From: Chloroflexota bacterium
GTDB lineage: Bacteria; Chloroflexota; Anaerolineae; Anaerolineales; Villigracilaceae
DNA length: 64,000 bases
Direction: 5' to 3'
Assembly: GCA_049324135.1 (NCBI GenBank)
Contig: JBMOMO010000146.1
Location: forward strand, 28,322 to 92,321
The notes under the pieces are model-generated. The model worked only from the letters and a program-made list of their open reading frames with translations, was not told the origin of the DNA and ran no database searches. Both the position numbers and the translations under genes were made by a program. Shown one piece after another: positions 46,452 to 57,000 of the stretch (position 1 is the first letter of the stretch; each line of letters opens with the position of its first letter).

Positions 46452-49082
46452 ATGAAAGAATCCAGCAGAGTGCTTCATCTTATCAAAGAAGCGGCCCATA
46501 TCACTGGCGCGGATTGGGGGGCGCATTTGGAGCGCCAGGGCGGAAAGTGGCATTTTTTGCATGTGTATCGTATCAATAAGAAGCGAGTTGTTGCGCTGGG
46601 CGAGTACCTTTCCCGGGCGTCTGTGGATTCTTGGTTGTGCGGGGCGTTAGGTAGCCGTTCCAGCCGTTCGCGCAGTATTTTGGATGAATCGGTTTTGGGT
46701 TGTCCGCGTTTGTATGCGTATCCGGTGGGTAAGAGCACGGATGTATTGTTGGTCGGTGGAGGGGAGCAAGACAAAACCTCGCGGGCTGTTTGGAAATTGG
46801 CGGCAGATGCATTGTCTGATGGCGCCGCGCAGGAGCCGGAGGTTTTGCCGGTGGTTAGCGACACGCTCGTCCCGTCTATCCAGGAGGGAGTGCCTTATGA
46901 CCTTCCGGCGGCCTTGGATAGGATTCTGGCCCTGATCGCGCAACAAATTCCTTGCCAGGGGGCATGGTTGGGCGTGCGGCGCGGCGATATCTTTGACCTG
47001 CGTTCTCACTGGCGAGCGCCGCAATGCAAGAATATCTCCCTGGCAATGGAGGCTTACGATGCGCTGCGAGAGATCGGCCTGACCCATGCTGGCTTGCGCT
47101 TCGAGCGCGACCAGCCAGGCTGGGAGTTCATTCCGCAAATGGGCTTGAAACCGACGACTGGCGCGTGGGGTTGCGTTCCGTTGGTGGTTGGCCGGCGGTT
47201 GATCGGGGCTGTTGCTTTGTGGCGGTTGCGTACCTTTAACGATCAAGAGTGGAAGCAGTTTTTGGAACTGGTTGCGCGCGCTGCGCCGTCCGTTGAGATC
47301 ATCCTTACTTTTACAGAATTGAGCGGCCATTTGCGTCGTTTGGCCTTGTTGAATGATTTCGTGCTGACAGTTTCTTCCGGCCAGAATTTGGACCAGATTG
47401 CGCGAAGAGCATTTGCGCTGGTTGCGCGCGCGTTCCAAACTGAGTCGATCAGTATGTACTTATTATCTACTGACGGGCGTATGCTGCGGGAATACCAGAA
47501 TGACAGTGGCCGGCTGTCCATTCACACCAGTAGTGTCGCCGGACATCCCTTTGCTTCTGTCTTGAAGATCGGGCACATTCAATCGTTCGACAAGGATTCT
47601 GCGCCTGTTGATTTGCAATTTGCTTTGGACGAGTCGCACACATTGATGTTGGTGCCGCTGAAGTATCGCGGGCGTAATAACGGTTTACTCGTTCTTGGGC
47701 AGGAACGGTCAGATGAGTTTTCCGTTTATGATATTCACTCTTTGACGGTTTTGTCGGGCTATCTGGCCGGTTTGGTTGAATATAGTCGCCTGCGTGAAGA
47801 AGCAGAAGCGCGCGCAAGAAATCTTGGCCTGATTCACGAGGTTGTCCAGGAAGTAATCGGCCTGGTCAATAAACAGGAAGTCGTGCAGATCACGGCTGAA
47901 TTGTTGGTGCAGTATTTCGGATACGAATTTGCGGTGATCGTTTTGGTTGATCGTGATGGGAATGCGACGATATGCGGCGTCGGCGGTTCCCAGGCCCCCT
48001 CAGCGCAAGCGATCTTGTCTGAAATTTTATTGTCAGCCAGGGAAGGTGATGGCGGCATAACCGGTTATGTGTTGCGAACCGGTGAGAGTATACTCGTGAA
48101 CGATGTAAGCCGGTCGCCGTTGTATTATCCGCTTCGCGGGTGGGAAGCAGGATCGGAATTGTGTATTGCCCTCAAAGAGGGGAATCGCGTAATTGGTTTG
48201 ATGGACATCGAAAGCAGCGTCCAGAATGCGTTTGGGCAAAATGATTTCATGGCGCTAGAATCTTTAGCGGGCATTTTGAGCAGCGTACTATCCAGCGCTG
48301 ATCAGTATCAGCGTTTGCAAGAGAACATTCTGCAGTTGCAGCAAATTCAACTCGAATTACAGACCCGGATTGAAGCGCAGATGGAAGCCGAGCGTAGGTT
48401 GATCCAGGCTGAAAAATTAGCGGCAGTCGGTGAGATGGCAGCCGGTATTGCGCACGAATTGAACAATCCGCTGACAACAGTGACCGGGTTTACCGAACTT
48501 GCTCTAGAGGAAATGCCGTTAGAAGCGGCCAACCGGTCTGACCTGGAGATGGTCTTGAAAGAGGCGCGACGCGCACGGGATGTTGTGCGTCGTTTATTGG
48601 ATTTTTCTCGCCGCAGCGAAAGTGAACGCACGCGCGTGGATATTAACCAATTGGTGAATGACGCCCTTTCTTTGACAAAGCATTTGATTCACACAAGCGG
48701 CGTCCAATTGGACCTGCGTTTAGGAACGAATTTACCCTGGGTTTCCGTAGACCGGAACCAAATCAAACAGGTTTTCCTGAATTTGTTTCACAACGCGCTG
48801 CAAGCAATGCCGTCGGGTGGTAGCCTGAAGGTAGAGTCTTGTTTTCGCGAGCGTGATGAACGGAAATGGGTGGTTGCTAGTGTGGCGGATACGGGCGGCG
48901 GGATTGCCGTAGCGGATAAGGAGCGCATTTTCGAACCATTTTTTACTACTCGTTCTGGGCAAGGCGGCACCGGCTTGGGACTTTCGGTGACATATGGGAT
49001 CGTTTCTGATCACGGCGGCATGATTGAGGTAGAAAGTGAGTTAGGACAAGGGGCTTGTTTTACCGTATGGTTACCATTTTAG
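46452..49082 (+). CDS. Cytoplasmic multi-GAF sensor histidine kinase
   Basis: 876 aa from the ATG at 46452. About 4 GAF-like modules, H-box [12 protein letters not shown], and an HATPase domain (DTGGGI, GGTGLGL). The first 344 codons of the tracked 1220-aa ORF are antisense to trmFO and were dropped. Confidence 0.9.
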   Translation: MKESSRVLHLIKEAAHITGADWGAHLERQGGKWHFLHVYRINKKRVVALGEYLSRASVDSWLCGALGSRSSRSRSILDESVLGCPRLYAYPVGKSTDVLLVGGGEQDKTSRAVWKLAADALSDGAAQEPEVLPVVSDTLVPSIQEGVPYDLPAALDRILALIAQQIPCQGAWLGVRRGDIFDLRSHWRAPQCKNISLAMEAYDALREIGLTHAGLRFERDQPGWEFIPQMGLKPTTGAWGCVPLVVGRRLIGAVALWRLRTFNDQEWKQFLELVARAAPSVEIILTFTELSGHLRRLALLNDFVLTVSSGQNLDQIARRAFALVARAFQTESISMYLLSTDGRMLREYQNDSGRLSIHTSSVAGHPFASVLKIGHIQSFDKDSAPVDLQFALDESHTLMLVPLKYRGRNNGLLVLGQERSDEFSVYDIHSLTVLSGYLAGLVEYSRLREEAEARARNLGLIHEVVQEVIGLVNKQEVVQITAELLVQYFGYEFAVIVLVDRDGNATICGVGGSQAPSAQAILSEILLSAREGDGGITGYVLRTGESILVNDVSRSPLYYPLRGWEAGSELCIALKEGNRVIGLMDIESSVQNAFGQNDFMALESLAGILSSVLSSADQYQRLQENILQLQQIQLELQTRIEAQMEAERRLIQAEKLAAVGEMAAGIAHELNNPLTTVTGFTELALEEMPLEAANRSDLEMVLKEARRARDVVRRLLDFSRRSESERTRVDINQLVNDALSLTKHLIHTSGVQLDLRLGTNLPWVSVDRNQIKQVFLNLFHNALQAMPSGGSLKVESCFRERDERKWVVASVADTGGGIAVADKERIFEPFFTTRSGQGGTGLGLSVTYGIVSDHGGMIEVESELGQGACFTVWLPF

Positions 49083-49094
49083 GATTTTGAAGAG

Positions 49095-50678
49095 ATGGAA
49101 GAGCGGATTCTTGTATTAGACGACGAACCAGGGATTACTTTGTTATGTAACCGCTTGTTGAAGCGCGAGGGGTATCAAGTTGCACCGTTTACTTCCGCAG
49201 CGCCCGCTATCGAGTATTTACGCGCCAATCAAGTGGACTTGCTCCTTGTTGATATTCGAATGCCCGATATAGATGGATTCGAAGTGATTGAATATGCCAG
49301 GAAATTACAACCCGATATCGCCGTCCTGGTCATGACCGGGTTTGGAACGGTGGAGACGGCTATCCAGGCTCTTCGAAGGGGCGTCGACGGGTTATTGCTT
49401 AAACCGTTTGAAAAAAGCAGCGAATTAGTGGACGCGGTAAAACAATCCCTGGTTGACAGTGAGAAAAAACGTGACGCTGCGCGTATCCAGGCGCTACGGC
49501 CCTTGTTTGCGGTAACAGAATCCTTTTTCTCTGAGACCCATCCTGAACAATTGTTGGGGTTGATCATTAAGGCGATTCGCAGCCACCTGCGTTGTTCCTG
49601 TGCTGGTTATTATCAATATGCGGGAGAAGGTTTGCAATTGCTTTTTGGTGAAGGGAACGTGGTTGACCCGTTACGAAGCAAGGCCGAGAGAGACTTGATT
49701 CTGGATATCGAGGCATTTGGAGGACCGGTGTTGGTTAATTGCTCTGGCCCAGGAAATCCCACTTTGCAGTCGCGTTTACGGAAACTTGGGTTTGGCGCGG
49801 TGTTATTTGTGCCAGTAACGCGATTGAAGGTGCGTAGTATATTGTTCGCAGGGAGAGAAGCCCAAGACGCTCCTTTCCGCGAATCCGATATGGAAATGTT
49901 CCTTATTCTTGCCAGTCAGGCTGCTGTCGCTATAGAGAATGCGCGTTTGTATGCTGAGTTACGAGATTATGTAAAGCAAGTCGAAGAATCGCAACAAGCA
50001 TTGCTCCAGGCTGAAAAGATGGCGGCCGCCGGGCGTCTGACCGCCTCTATTGCCCATGAAGTGAATAACCCTTTGCAGGCTGTACAGAACTGCCTGCATC
50101 TGGCCGGGCGCGCAGACTTGCCTGAAGAGCAGCGTACAGAATATTTCGAACTTGCAAAAACAGAATTGAATCGGTTGATGTCCACGGTGCAAAGGATGTT
50201 GGATTTCTATCGTCCTGGCGCCGTTGTCCCAAGTGAAGTGAACGTTCCTGAAGTTTTACGGCATGTAATGAATCTCATGTCCCAGCAATTGGAAAAGCGT
50301 GGTATCGTTGTAGAGGCAGATATTGCAGATTCCCTGCCTCCTGTTTTCGCGGTAAGCGGCCAAATTCAACAGGTATTCATCAATTTGATTTTAAACGCTT
50401 TCGACGCCATGCCTGATGGAGGCGTTCTGCAAATCCATACGCATGTAGTGCGACGTGGAGTCGAAATCTTGTTTCAAGATACTGGGTTGGGCATTCCCCG
50501 AGACCGGCTGGCGCACATTTTTGAGCCATTTTATAGTACGAAAAGCGGGGGGACAGGATTGGGGTTGACCGTCAGTTATAATATTATTACTGCGCATGGC
50601 GGATCTTTGGAACTTGTCGCAAACAATAAACCGGGAGCGTGTTTCCGCGTTTACTTGCCGTTTGGAGGAAAAAGATGA
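49095..50678 (+). CDS. Receiver-GAF-histidine kinase hybrid
   Basis: 527 aa. REC (ILVLDDEP...LLLVDIRMPDIDG), GAF, H-box ASIAHEVNNPL, and an HATPase domain (DTGLGI, GGTGLGL). Confidence 0.9.
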   Translation: MEERILVLDDEPGITLLCNRLLKREGYQVAPFTSAAPAIEYLRANQVDLLLVDIRMPDIDGFEVIEYARKLQPDIAVLVMTGFGTVETAIQALRRGVDGLLLKPFEKSSELVDAVKQSLVDSEKKRDAARIQALRPLFAVTESFFSETHPEQLLGLIIKAIRSHLRCSCAGYYQYAGEGLQLLFGEGNVVDPLRSKAERDLILDIEAFGGPVLVNCSGPGNPTLQSRLRKLGFGAVLFVPVTRLKVRSILFAGREAQDAPFRESDMEMFLILASQAAVAIENARLYAELRDYVKQVEESQQALLQAEKMAAAGRLTASIAHEVNNPLQAVQNCLHLAGRADLPEEQRTEYFELAKTELNRLMSTVQRMLDFYRPGAVVPSEVNVPEVLRHVMNLMSQQLEKRGIVVEADIADSLPPVFAVSGQIQQVFINLILNAFDAMPDGGVLQIHTHVVRRGVEILFQDTGLGIPRDRLAHIFEPFYSTKSGGTGLGLTVSYNIITAHGGSLELVANNKPGACFRVYLPFGGKR

Positions 50679-51415
50679 AATTTAACATCCTGGTTGTTGA
50701 CGATGAACCTGTTTCACGCAAATCGCTCACTGATATTTTGCGATTGGAGGGTTATAGTGTTGCTTCTGTCCCGAATGGGCAGGCCGCAATCGAACATATC
50801 CGCACGCATCATATCGACTTGATGATCGTTGACCTTCGCATGCCGGGCATGGATGGCTTGGAAGTTGTTCAAGTTGTGAACCAGATTGCTTCCGACACGG
50901 AAGTGATTGTGCTGACCGCTTACGGCTCTACGGAAACAGCCATCCAGGCGTTACGCCTGAGGATACACGACTATCTGTTGAAACCCGCCCCTCCTGCGCA
51001 GATTTTGACCAGCGTCAAAAGAGGGTTGGAGCGTCGCGCGTTGCGCGTGCGCGCAAAAAGCGCGGATTCGGATTCGTCTGATCTGGAAGACATTTTGGAT
51101 TCCGTTTCGCTTCCCGATGGAACAATAGTGGATTTGTCGCGCCGGCAAATCAGGCGTGGAGAAATTTTGGTAAGCCTGACGCCGGCTGAGGGTCGCTTGT
51201 TGCGCGTGTTATTAATCAACGAAGGTAAGGTTTTTGCTCATCGCGACCTGGTGCTGCTTGTCCAGGGGTACGATACGTCACAACGGGAGGCGCCAGAGAT
51301 CCTGCGACCTTTGGTGAGCCGGCTTCGGCATAAATTGGAAGCATTCCCGGCGCTGTCTGAGCAAATTGTCAGTATCAGGGGGACAGGATATGTTTTTGAG
51401 AAGAAACCAGAATGA
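50675..51415 (+). CDS. OmpR/PhoB-type response regulator
   Basis: 246 aa. The ATG overlaps the preceding stop (ATGA), with GGAGG upstream. REC (ILVVDDEP...LMIVDLRMPGMDG) plus a winged-helix domain (...LVSRLRHKL...IRGTGYVF). Confidence 0.9.
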   Translation: MKFNILVVDDEPVSRKSLTDILRLEGYSVASVPNGQAAIEHIRTHHIDLMIVDLRMPGMDGLEVVQVVNQIASDTEVIVLTAYGSTETAIQALRLRIHDYLLKPAPPAQILTSVKRGLERRALRVRAKSADSDSSDLEDILDSVSLPDGTIVDLSRRQIRRGEILVSLTPAEGRLLRVLLINEGKVFAHRDLVLLVQGYDTSQREAPEILRPLVSRLRHKLEAFPALSEQIVSIRGTGYVFEKKPE

Positions 51416-51435
51416 GCCAAATCGCTGGTCGTGTT

Positions 51436-52368
51436 TCAGGGTAGGTCGGGGGGAAAATTTGTTGGGGGGCGCAGCCAGCCCAGCCAACCACTTTTTGCGG
51501 GTTTGCGTACAGTGGCAGGTTTGTCGAAATACATTAGAAGTATGCTCAGGCTAAGGATGCCTGCGCCAATCCATTGCGCTTGCGCGAGTTTCTCGTGCAG
51601 CCATGTAATGCTCAAGCCGATGGCAACCAGCAATTCCAATAGTCCCAGGAGCGCTGTTTGCATCCCTCCCAGGTATTTTACGCCTTGAAATAGCGCGAGC
51701 CTTGAAAGAAACGTAACCAGCGTCAATCCGATAATAGGATACCAACTTGCGTTGGAAGGTATTGGGTGGCCTAAAAGGAGGAACACTGGCACAACGACCA
51801 GACTCATGGCTATTAAGGTATATAGCGTGACCGTTGGAGCAGGAACATCATAAAGTACTCGTTGATTGATCGGCAGGTGAAGCGCATACAGGATCGATGC
51901 AAGTAGCATTTGTCCAACTCCAACCATATCAATGGTAACTGATTCTGAATAGGTCAACAGGAAGACGGCAATCATTGCAAGTGCAATGCGAAAAAGGGTT
52001 AACTTGTTAGGAGGTTGTGAGTCTAATACCAGCCAAATAGCCACAAAAAGGGGATATAGGGAGTAGAGCAATTGTCCAAGGCTGGCATTGATGCGGCCTA
52101 AAGCCGAATAATATAATATAGAACCAATTCCGTTGAATAATCCTGCCAATCCGCACCCAATCAACCCCGCCGGGTAGATGTAAAGATATTTTCGCCGAAA
52201 TACAACTACGATAATCAGTAACAGGAGCGTGGCCATCAATGTTCGGATGCCAACCACTGCAAGAGGTGAAAACCCCAGGTTGATTGCTTGTTTGCCAAAA
52301 ACAGGCGTGAAACCAAGAAAGGTTGCAGATAACAAGACAGCCCGAATCCCCGCTTTCCGTTTTTGCAT
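51436..52368 (-). CDS. EamA/DMT-family transporter
   Basis: 310 aa from the ATG at 52368. Ten TM segments in two repeats. Lies 10 nt downstream of the ThrC-REC gene. Confidence 0.85.
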   Translation of the reverse strand: MQKRKAGIRAVLLSATFLGFTPVFGKQAINLGFSPLAVVGIRTLMATLLLLIIVVVFRRKYLYIYPAGLIGCGLAGLFNGIGSILYYSALGRINASLGQLLYSLYPLFVAIWLVLDSQPPNKLTLFRIALAMIAVFLLTYSESVTIDMVGVGQMLLASILYALHLPINQRVLYDVPAPTVTLYTLIAMSLVVVPVFLLLGHPIPSNASWYPIIGLTLVTFLSRLALFQGVKYLGGMQTALLGLLELLVAIGLSITWLHEKLAQAQWIGAGILSLSILLMYFDKPATVRKPAKSGWLGWLRPPTNFPPDLP

Positions 52369-52378
52369 GGGGTTGACC

Positions 52379-54049
52379 TTAATCCAGTAACGAACGGACT
52401 TCATCAAGAAATTCATCGTTGAGAAAGTCTCCTTTTTGCATCAACGATTGAATTTGTCCTTCCAATCGATTTTTTTCATCGGGTGTCAGTTCTTTGGCAG
52501 AAGCAACGATTACTGGAATGTTTGCCGTTTCGGGGTTGCGTTTCAGGATGTCAATGACTGTAAAGCCATCCATTTCCGGCATGATGAGATCAAGGATAAT
52601 CAGGTCTGGTTTTTCTTTCTCAATGAGAGCCAGAGCCGTTTTGCCGTTTTCGGCTTCGAAGATTGTGAAATCACCTTGCGATTGTAATATCCTCCTGATC
52701 AGGCGGCGCGCATCGGCGCTGTCATCTGCGATTGCGATGCGCGGGAATCTTTCTGGGGCCACGCGGTTTAACGCAGCAAGTAGGCCATCTTGTTGAGGAA
52801 TCTCGCCGCGACTCGGCATTTCTACATCCAGCGACCAATCTTCTCCGAGCAACCATTGTTCGGCTGGCATGGTATGGCCGGTGCAGTTGATAACCACAGT
52901 ATCTGAGGGTTTGATGACGCCATTGCGCACCAATTTGAACAATCCTGCAAAAGCGACCCCTGCGGCCGGTTCTACAGAGAGACCCTCCATCTTTGCGACC
53001 ACATGCATTGCCCGGAACGCTTCCCCGTCACTGACGCTTTCGAATATTCCCTGTGTTTCATCGACTTCTCGCTTCAGCAATTTGTAGGTTCGGCCTGGGT
53101 CGCCAGTCGCAAGCGTCTCAATATGAGTTTGGGGTGTAGTAATCACAATTGGGGTTTCCAGGCCTCGTTGCCAACTTGTGACCATTGGCGCGCATCCTTC
53201 CGCCTGGATGGCGGCAATGGCAGGTAAACCATTGACGTAGCCCATTTTTGTGAGTTCACGAAATCCTTTAGAGACTCCTAATGGCCCCATACCGCCGCTG
53301 ACAGATTGAATATACCAATCGGGTGTACGCCATTTGGGTGACTGTTTACTTCTCTTCGATGGGCGTCCAAGTTTTTGGGTAAGTTGTTCCGCCACTTCGT
53401 AGGCAATCGTTTTCATTGCTTCTACAGAGGTGATTGTCCTTGCTCCCATATCATGGTACAAACCGCGCTGGCGAGCAAACTCGGAAGCCATTTGTTTGGT
53501 TTGATCATAGGAGCCGGTTACTTTTACAACCTGGCTTCCATATAAGGCAATTTCGCGCATTTTTACAGCAGGCACCAGGCTGGTTACAAAAGCCCAGAGC
53601 TTTATCCCTGCGCGCGCGGCGTATGCAGAGTACGAGATTGCCACATTCCCGGTGGACGCAGCAACCAATTCCGTGATACCCGCCTCTTTGAGCGCTGCAA
53701 TGGTGACAGCCGCTTGGCGGTCTTTGAATGACGCTGTAGGGCCTTGTCGTTCGTCCTTGATAAATAAATTCGGGCATCCGAGCATCATGCCCAAGTTCAC
53801 TGCCTGGATAAGGGGTGTGCCGCCCTCCCCCAGGCTTATATTGGCATTGGGGTTGCGGACTGGCAGTAACTCGTGGTACCTCCAAAGATCGAATGTGCGT
53901 TCATGCAATTGTGCATTCCAGGTCTTCGATACTGAATCCAAATCGTATTCCGCAACTCTCCATTGACTGTTGCATTTGGGGCAACTTGCGGTTGTTGGAT
54001 GGAATGGCGCTGCATGATTGCAGTCCAAACAGCGTATTTGAAATGTCAC
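52379..54049 (-). CDS. Threonine-synthase-like PLP enzyme fused to a C-terminal response-regulator receiver domain
   Basis: GTG at 54049 with AGGAGG 7 nt upstream, 556 aa. Cys4 ribbon CLDC...CPKC, PLP-lysine motif TASFKDRQAA, and SVSGGMGP. REC follows: RIAIADDSADARRL...PDLIILDLIMPEMDGFTV...IPVIVASAK. Confidence 0.85.
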   Translation of the reverse strand: MTFQIRCLDCNHAAPFHPTTASCPKCNSQWRVAEYDLDSVSKTWNAQLHERTFDLWRYHELLPVRNPNANISLGEGGTPLIQAVNLGMMLGCPNLFIKDERQGPTASFKDRQAAVTIAALKEAGITELVAASTGNVAISYSAYAARAGIKLWAFVTSLVPAVKMREIALYGSQVVKVTGSYDQTKQMASEFARQRGLYHDMGARTITSVEAMKTIAYEVAEQLTQKLGRPSKRSKQSPKWRTPDWYIQSVSGGMGPLGVSKGFRELTKMGYVNGLPAIAAIQAEGCAPMVTSWQRGLETPIVITTPQTHIETLATGDPGRTYKLLKREVDETQGIFESVSDGEAFRAMHVVAKMEGLSVEPAAGVAFAGLFKLVRNGVIKPSDTVVINCTGHTMPAEQWLLGEDWSLDVEMPSRGEIPQQDGLLAALNRVAPERFPRIAIADDSADARRLIRRILQSQGDFTIFEAENGKTALALIEKEKPDLIILDLIMPEMDGFTVIDILKRNPETANIPVIVASAKELTPDEKNRLEGQIQSLMQKGDFLNDEFLDEVRSLLD

Positions 54050-54089
54050 GTTGCGGCCTCCTGGCAACAAACATGTTCCTGATAATTTT

Positions 54090-57000
54090 TTAGTTGTCTA
54101 TGCGTTTGAGCGCATTTTCAATTGTTGCAATGAGTTCCTGCTCTTGCAAAGAACTTTTTTGTAACAACTTCTGCCCGAACATGTGAAGTTGGTCGCGCTG
54201 CTCGCCTGTCAAGTCGCTGCTACTTACCACAACAACAGGGATATTCCTCAGTTCGTTGCTTTCATGCAATTTCTCAAGAAGTGAGAATCCATCTACATCT
54301 GGCATGAACAGATCCATGACAATGGCATGTGGCGTCTTTATTTGAATTGCAGTCCACCCTGCCTGCCCGCCTTCTGCCAGGATAGGTTTGTATCTTCCTT
54401 GGTTCGAGATCATCGTTCCAAGCAGGCGCAGATCATTCGGGTCATCGTCTATGATCAATACTTCTCGAATACTTCCATCGTTATTTAGACGATCAAGCGA
54501 AGATAGTAAATCATCTTCTACAACCGGCTTGACAAGGTAATCTGCTGCGCCCAGGCTGAATCCCTTTTCTTCTTCTTCCAGAATGCTGCAAATGATTATC
54601 GGGATACCGCGCGTTTCGGGGTTGGATTTCAGGTCCTCAAGAACGCGCCAGCCGTCATACCCTGGCATCATGATATCCAGGATGACCGCAAAAGGTTTTA
54701 ATAGCCTTACTCGTTCTTTTGCTCGCGCGGGGTCATTTAGACTGATTACTTGGAAACCTTTTGGCCGCAGATATCGTTCATACAGACTGAGGATTTGCGG
54801 ATCGTCGTCGATAGTCAGGATTGTCTTGAGGCCGCTTGTTGAAATCTTTTGTTCTTTCATAAATATAGGGACAGTAAAATAGAATGAACTTCCCTTTCCT
54901 GGCATACTATGAACACCAATGCGGCCATGATGCATTTGGACCAGGTGATGGCAAATTGATAATCCAAGGCCAGAACCGCCGACTTTACGAGTTAGGGATG
55001 CATCAACTTGTGAGAAGGGCTGGAACAGTTTGGCTTGGTCTTCAGGAGAAATGCCCGGTCCGGTGTCGGTAACAGTGACGATCACAGAAGATTGCCCGGT
55101 TGTAGCCAGGTCGTCCACCTCAGCCCTTACAGTGATTTCTCCCTTTTCTGTAAATTTGGCCGCGTTAGAAAGCAGGTTGATCACTACCTGCCTGATGCGC
55201 ATTGGATCGGCGCGGACTGTTGGGAGGTCGGCTGCAACCTCTTGTTTCAAGGTGATTTGTTTGTCCTTGATCAGGCCTGCGGCAGTGGACATCACGCTTG
55301 TAATCAGGTCATTGATGTTTACTTCGCTGAACGAAAGTTCCATCTTGCCCGCTTCGATACGGGAGAGATCAAGGATGTCATTGATCAGGCCAAGCAAATG
55401 TTGCCCGGCATTGAAAATAGCCGTCAGGTCTTGTTGTTGTAATTCTGTAACAGGGCCGTCAATTCCTTTAAGGATGACTCGTGCAAACCCGATGATCGAA
55501 TTGAGAGGGGTGCGAAGTTCGTGACTCATATTTGCCAGGAATTGACTCTTCAGTCGATCAACCTCCCGCATTTCCTGAACAGCCTGTTGGGCGATATTGT
55601 AAGAACGCGCGTTGTCAATTCCAATGGCGATTTGATCGGCTAACAGTTGTAGAATGGCTACATCATCTTGCGAAAAAGCGTTCACTTCCGTCGATTGAAT
55701 GTCCAGGACGCCGATAATCCGGTTTCCAATGTGCAAGGGGATGGCGGCCTCGGCTCTTGTATCGGGGAGTAAAGGGTTGGGTTTGTGGATGGGATCGAGC
55801 GCTGTGTTGTTGATGACAATTGGATTTCCGGTCTCTGTTGCTTGCCCTACGGTTGATTTAGAGCCGACTGCCAATGAATGTTCTCGCTGTTTCATTTGCT
55901 CGCCAGCCTCGCCGGTGGCTTCCTGCAACACTGCGTTGAAACCGGTCTCTTCGACGATGAAGATGGCAGCGTGGTAGTAACCAAAGCGTTCCTGCACCAG
56001 GTTTACTGCGCGCGAAAAGATGGCTTTCAGGTCCAGGGAAGATGTGACCAGGCGTCCAATCTCGGCCGAGGCGGCCAGGTATTCGTTTCGGCGTCGCAGC
56101 GCTTCTTCGTTTTGCTTGCGCTCCGTGATGTCTGTCTGGACAGCAAGGAAGCCTAAGACCATATCATTATTTCCAATGATTGGACTGTACGTTCCGGTGA
56201 CTGGAACCAAACGGCCATCTTTTGCGCGGTTGATTATTTCCAAAGAATACGTCTTCTTTGCAACCAGCGATTCCCAAAGTTCTTTGTATCGATCTTGCGG
56301 ATATAAGCCGGATTTTAGGACACGGGGCGTTTGACCAATGACTTCGTCTAGCGTATATCCATAGATATTTTCAAATCCCTGGTTGATATATTGAATTTTG
56401 CCTGTTGCGTCTGTTAGAAAAACGGCATTGTTCGTGTTTTCGATGCCCAGTTTGAATTTAGCCAGGTCTTCTTCCGCCCTTTTGCGCTCGGTGATGTCTC
56501 GCGCAACCCAGAAGACGTGATCCTCGGTTAGTTTTGAAACGTTGGCATCGAACCAGTATTCTTTGCCGTTTATTTCCAACGGGTATTCGATTTCTTGGGA
56601 TTGTCCGGTGTCCAGCGTGGTCCGAATGGTTGACAAGAAGGGCGCGTGAAGGTTTTCTGGCAATACTTCTTGCAATGTCCGGCCAAGCAGTTCTTCACTG
56701 GGGCGGAACAGGTAATTTGGGTTTGTTTCTGCAATGCGCTCATACCTGCCTTCGCGGTCATAGATAATAATGACATCTTCCATGGCAGAGAAAAGCGCTT
56801 TTAGTTCGGACTCGGACTGTTGGGTTCGCTGGAAAAGGCGGGCATTTTCAATGGCAAAACCGATTTGCCGTCCAATGGATTGTGTCAGGCCAACCATATT
56901 TTCCGACATTGGCTCAGGGTTCTCGTTGAAAACACATAATGTGCCAACGATTTGCCCTTTTGCTTCCAGGGGGACGCCCAAATATGCAAACAATCCGTTG

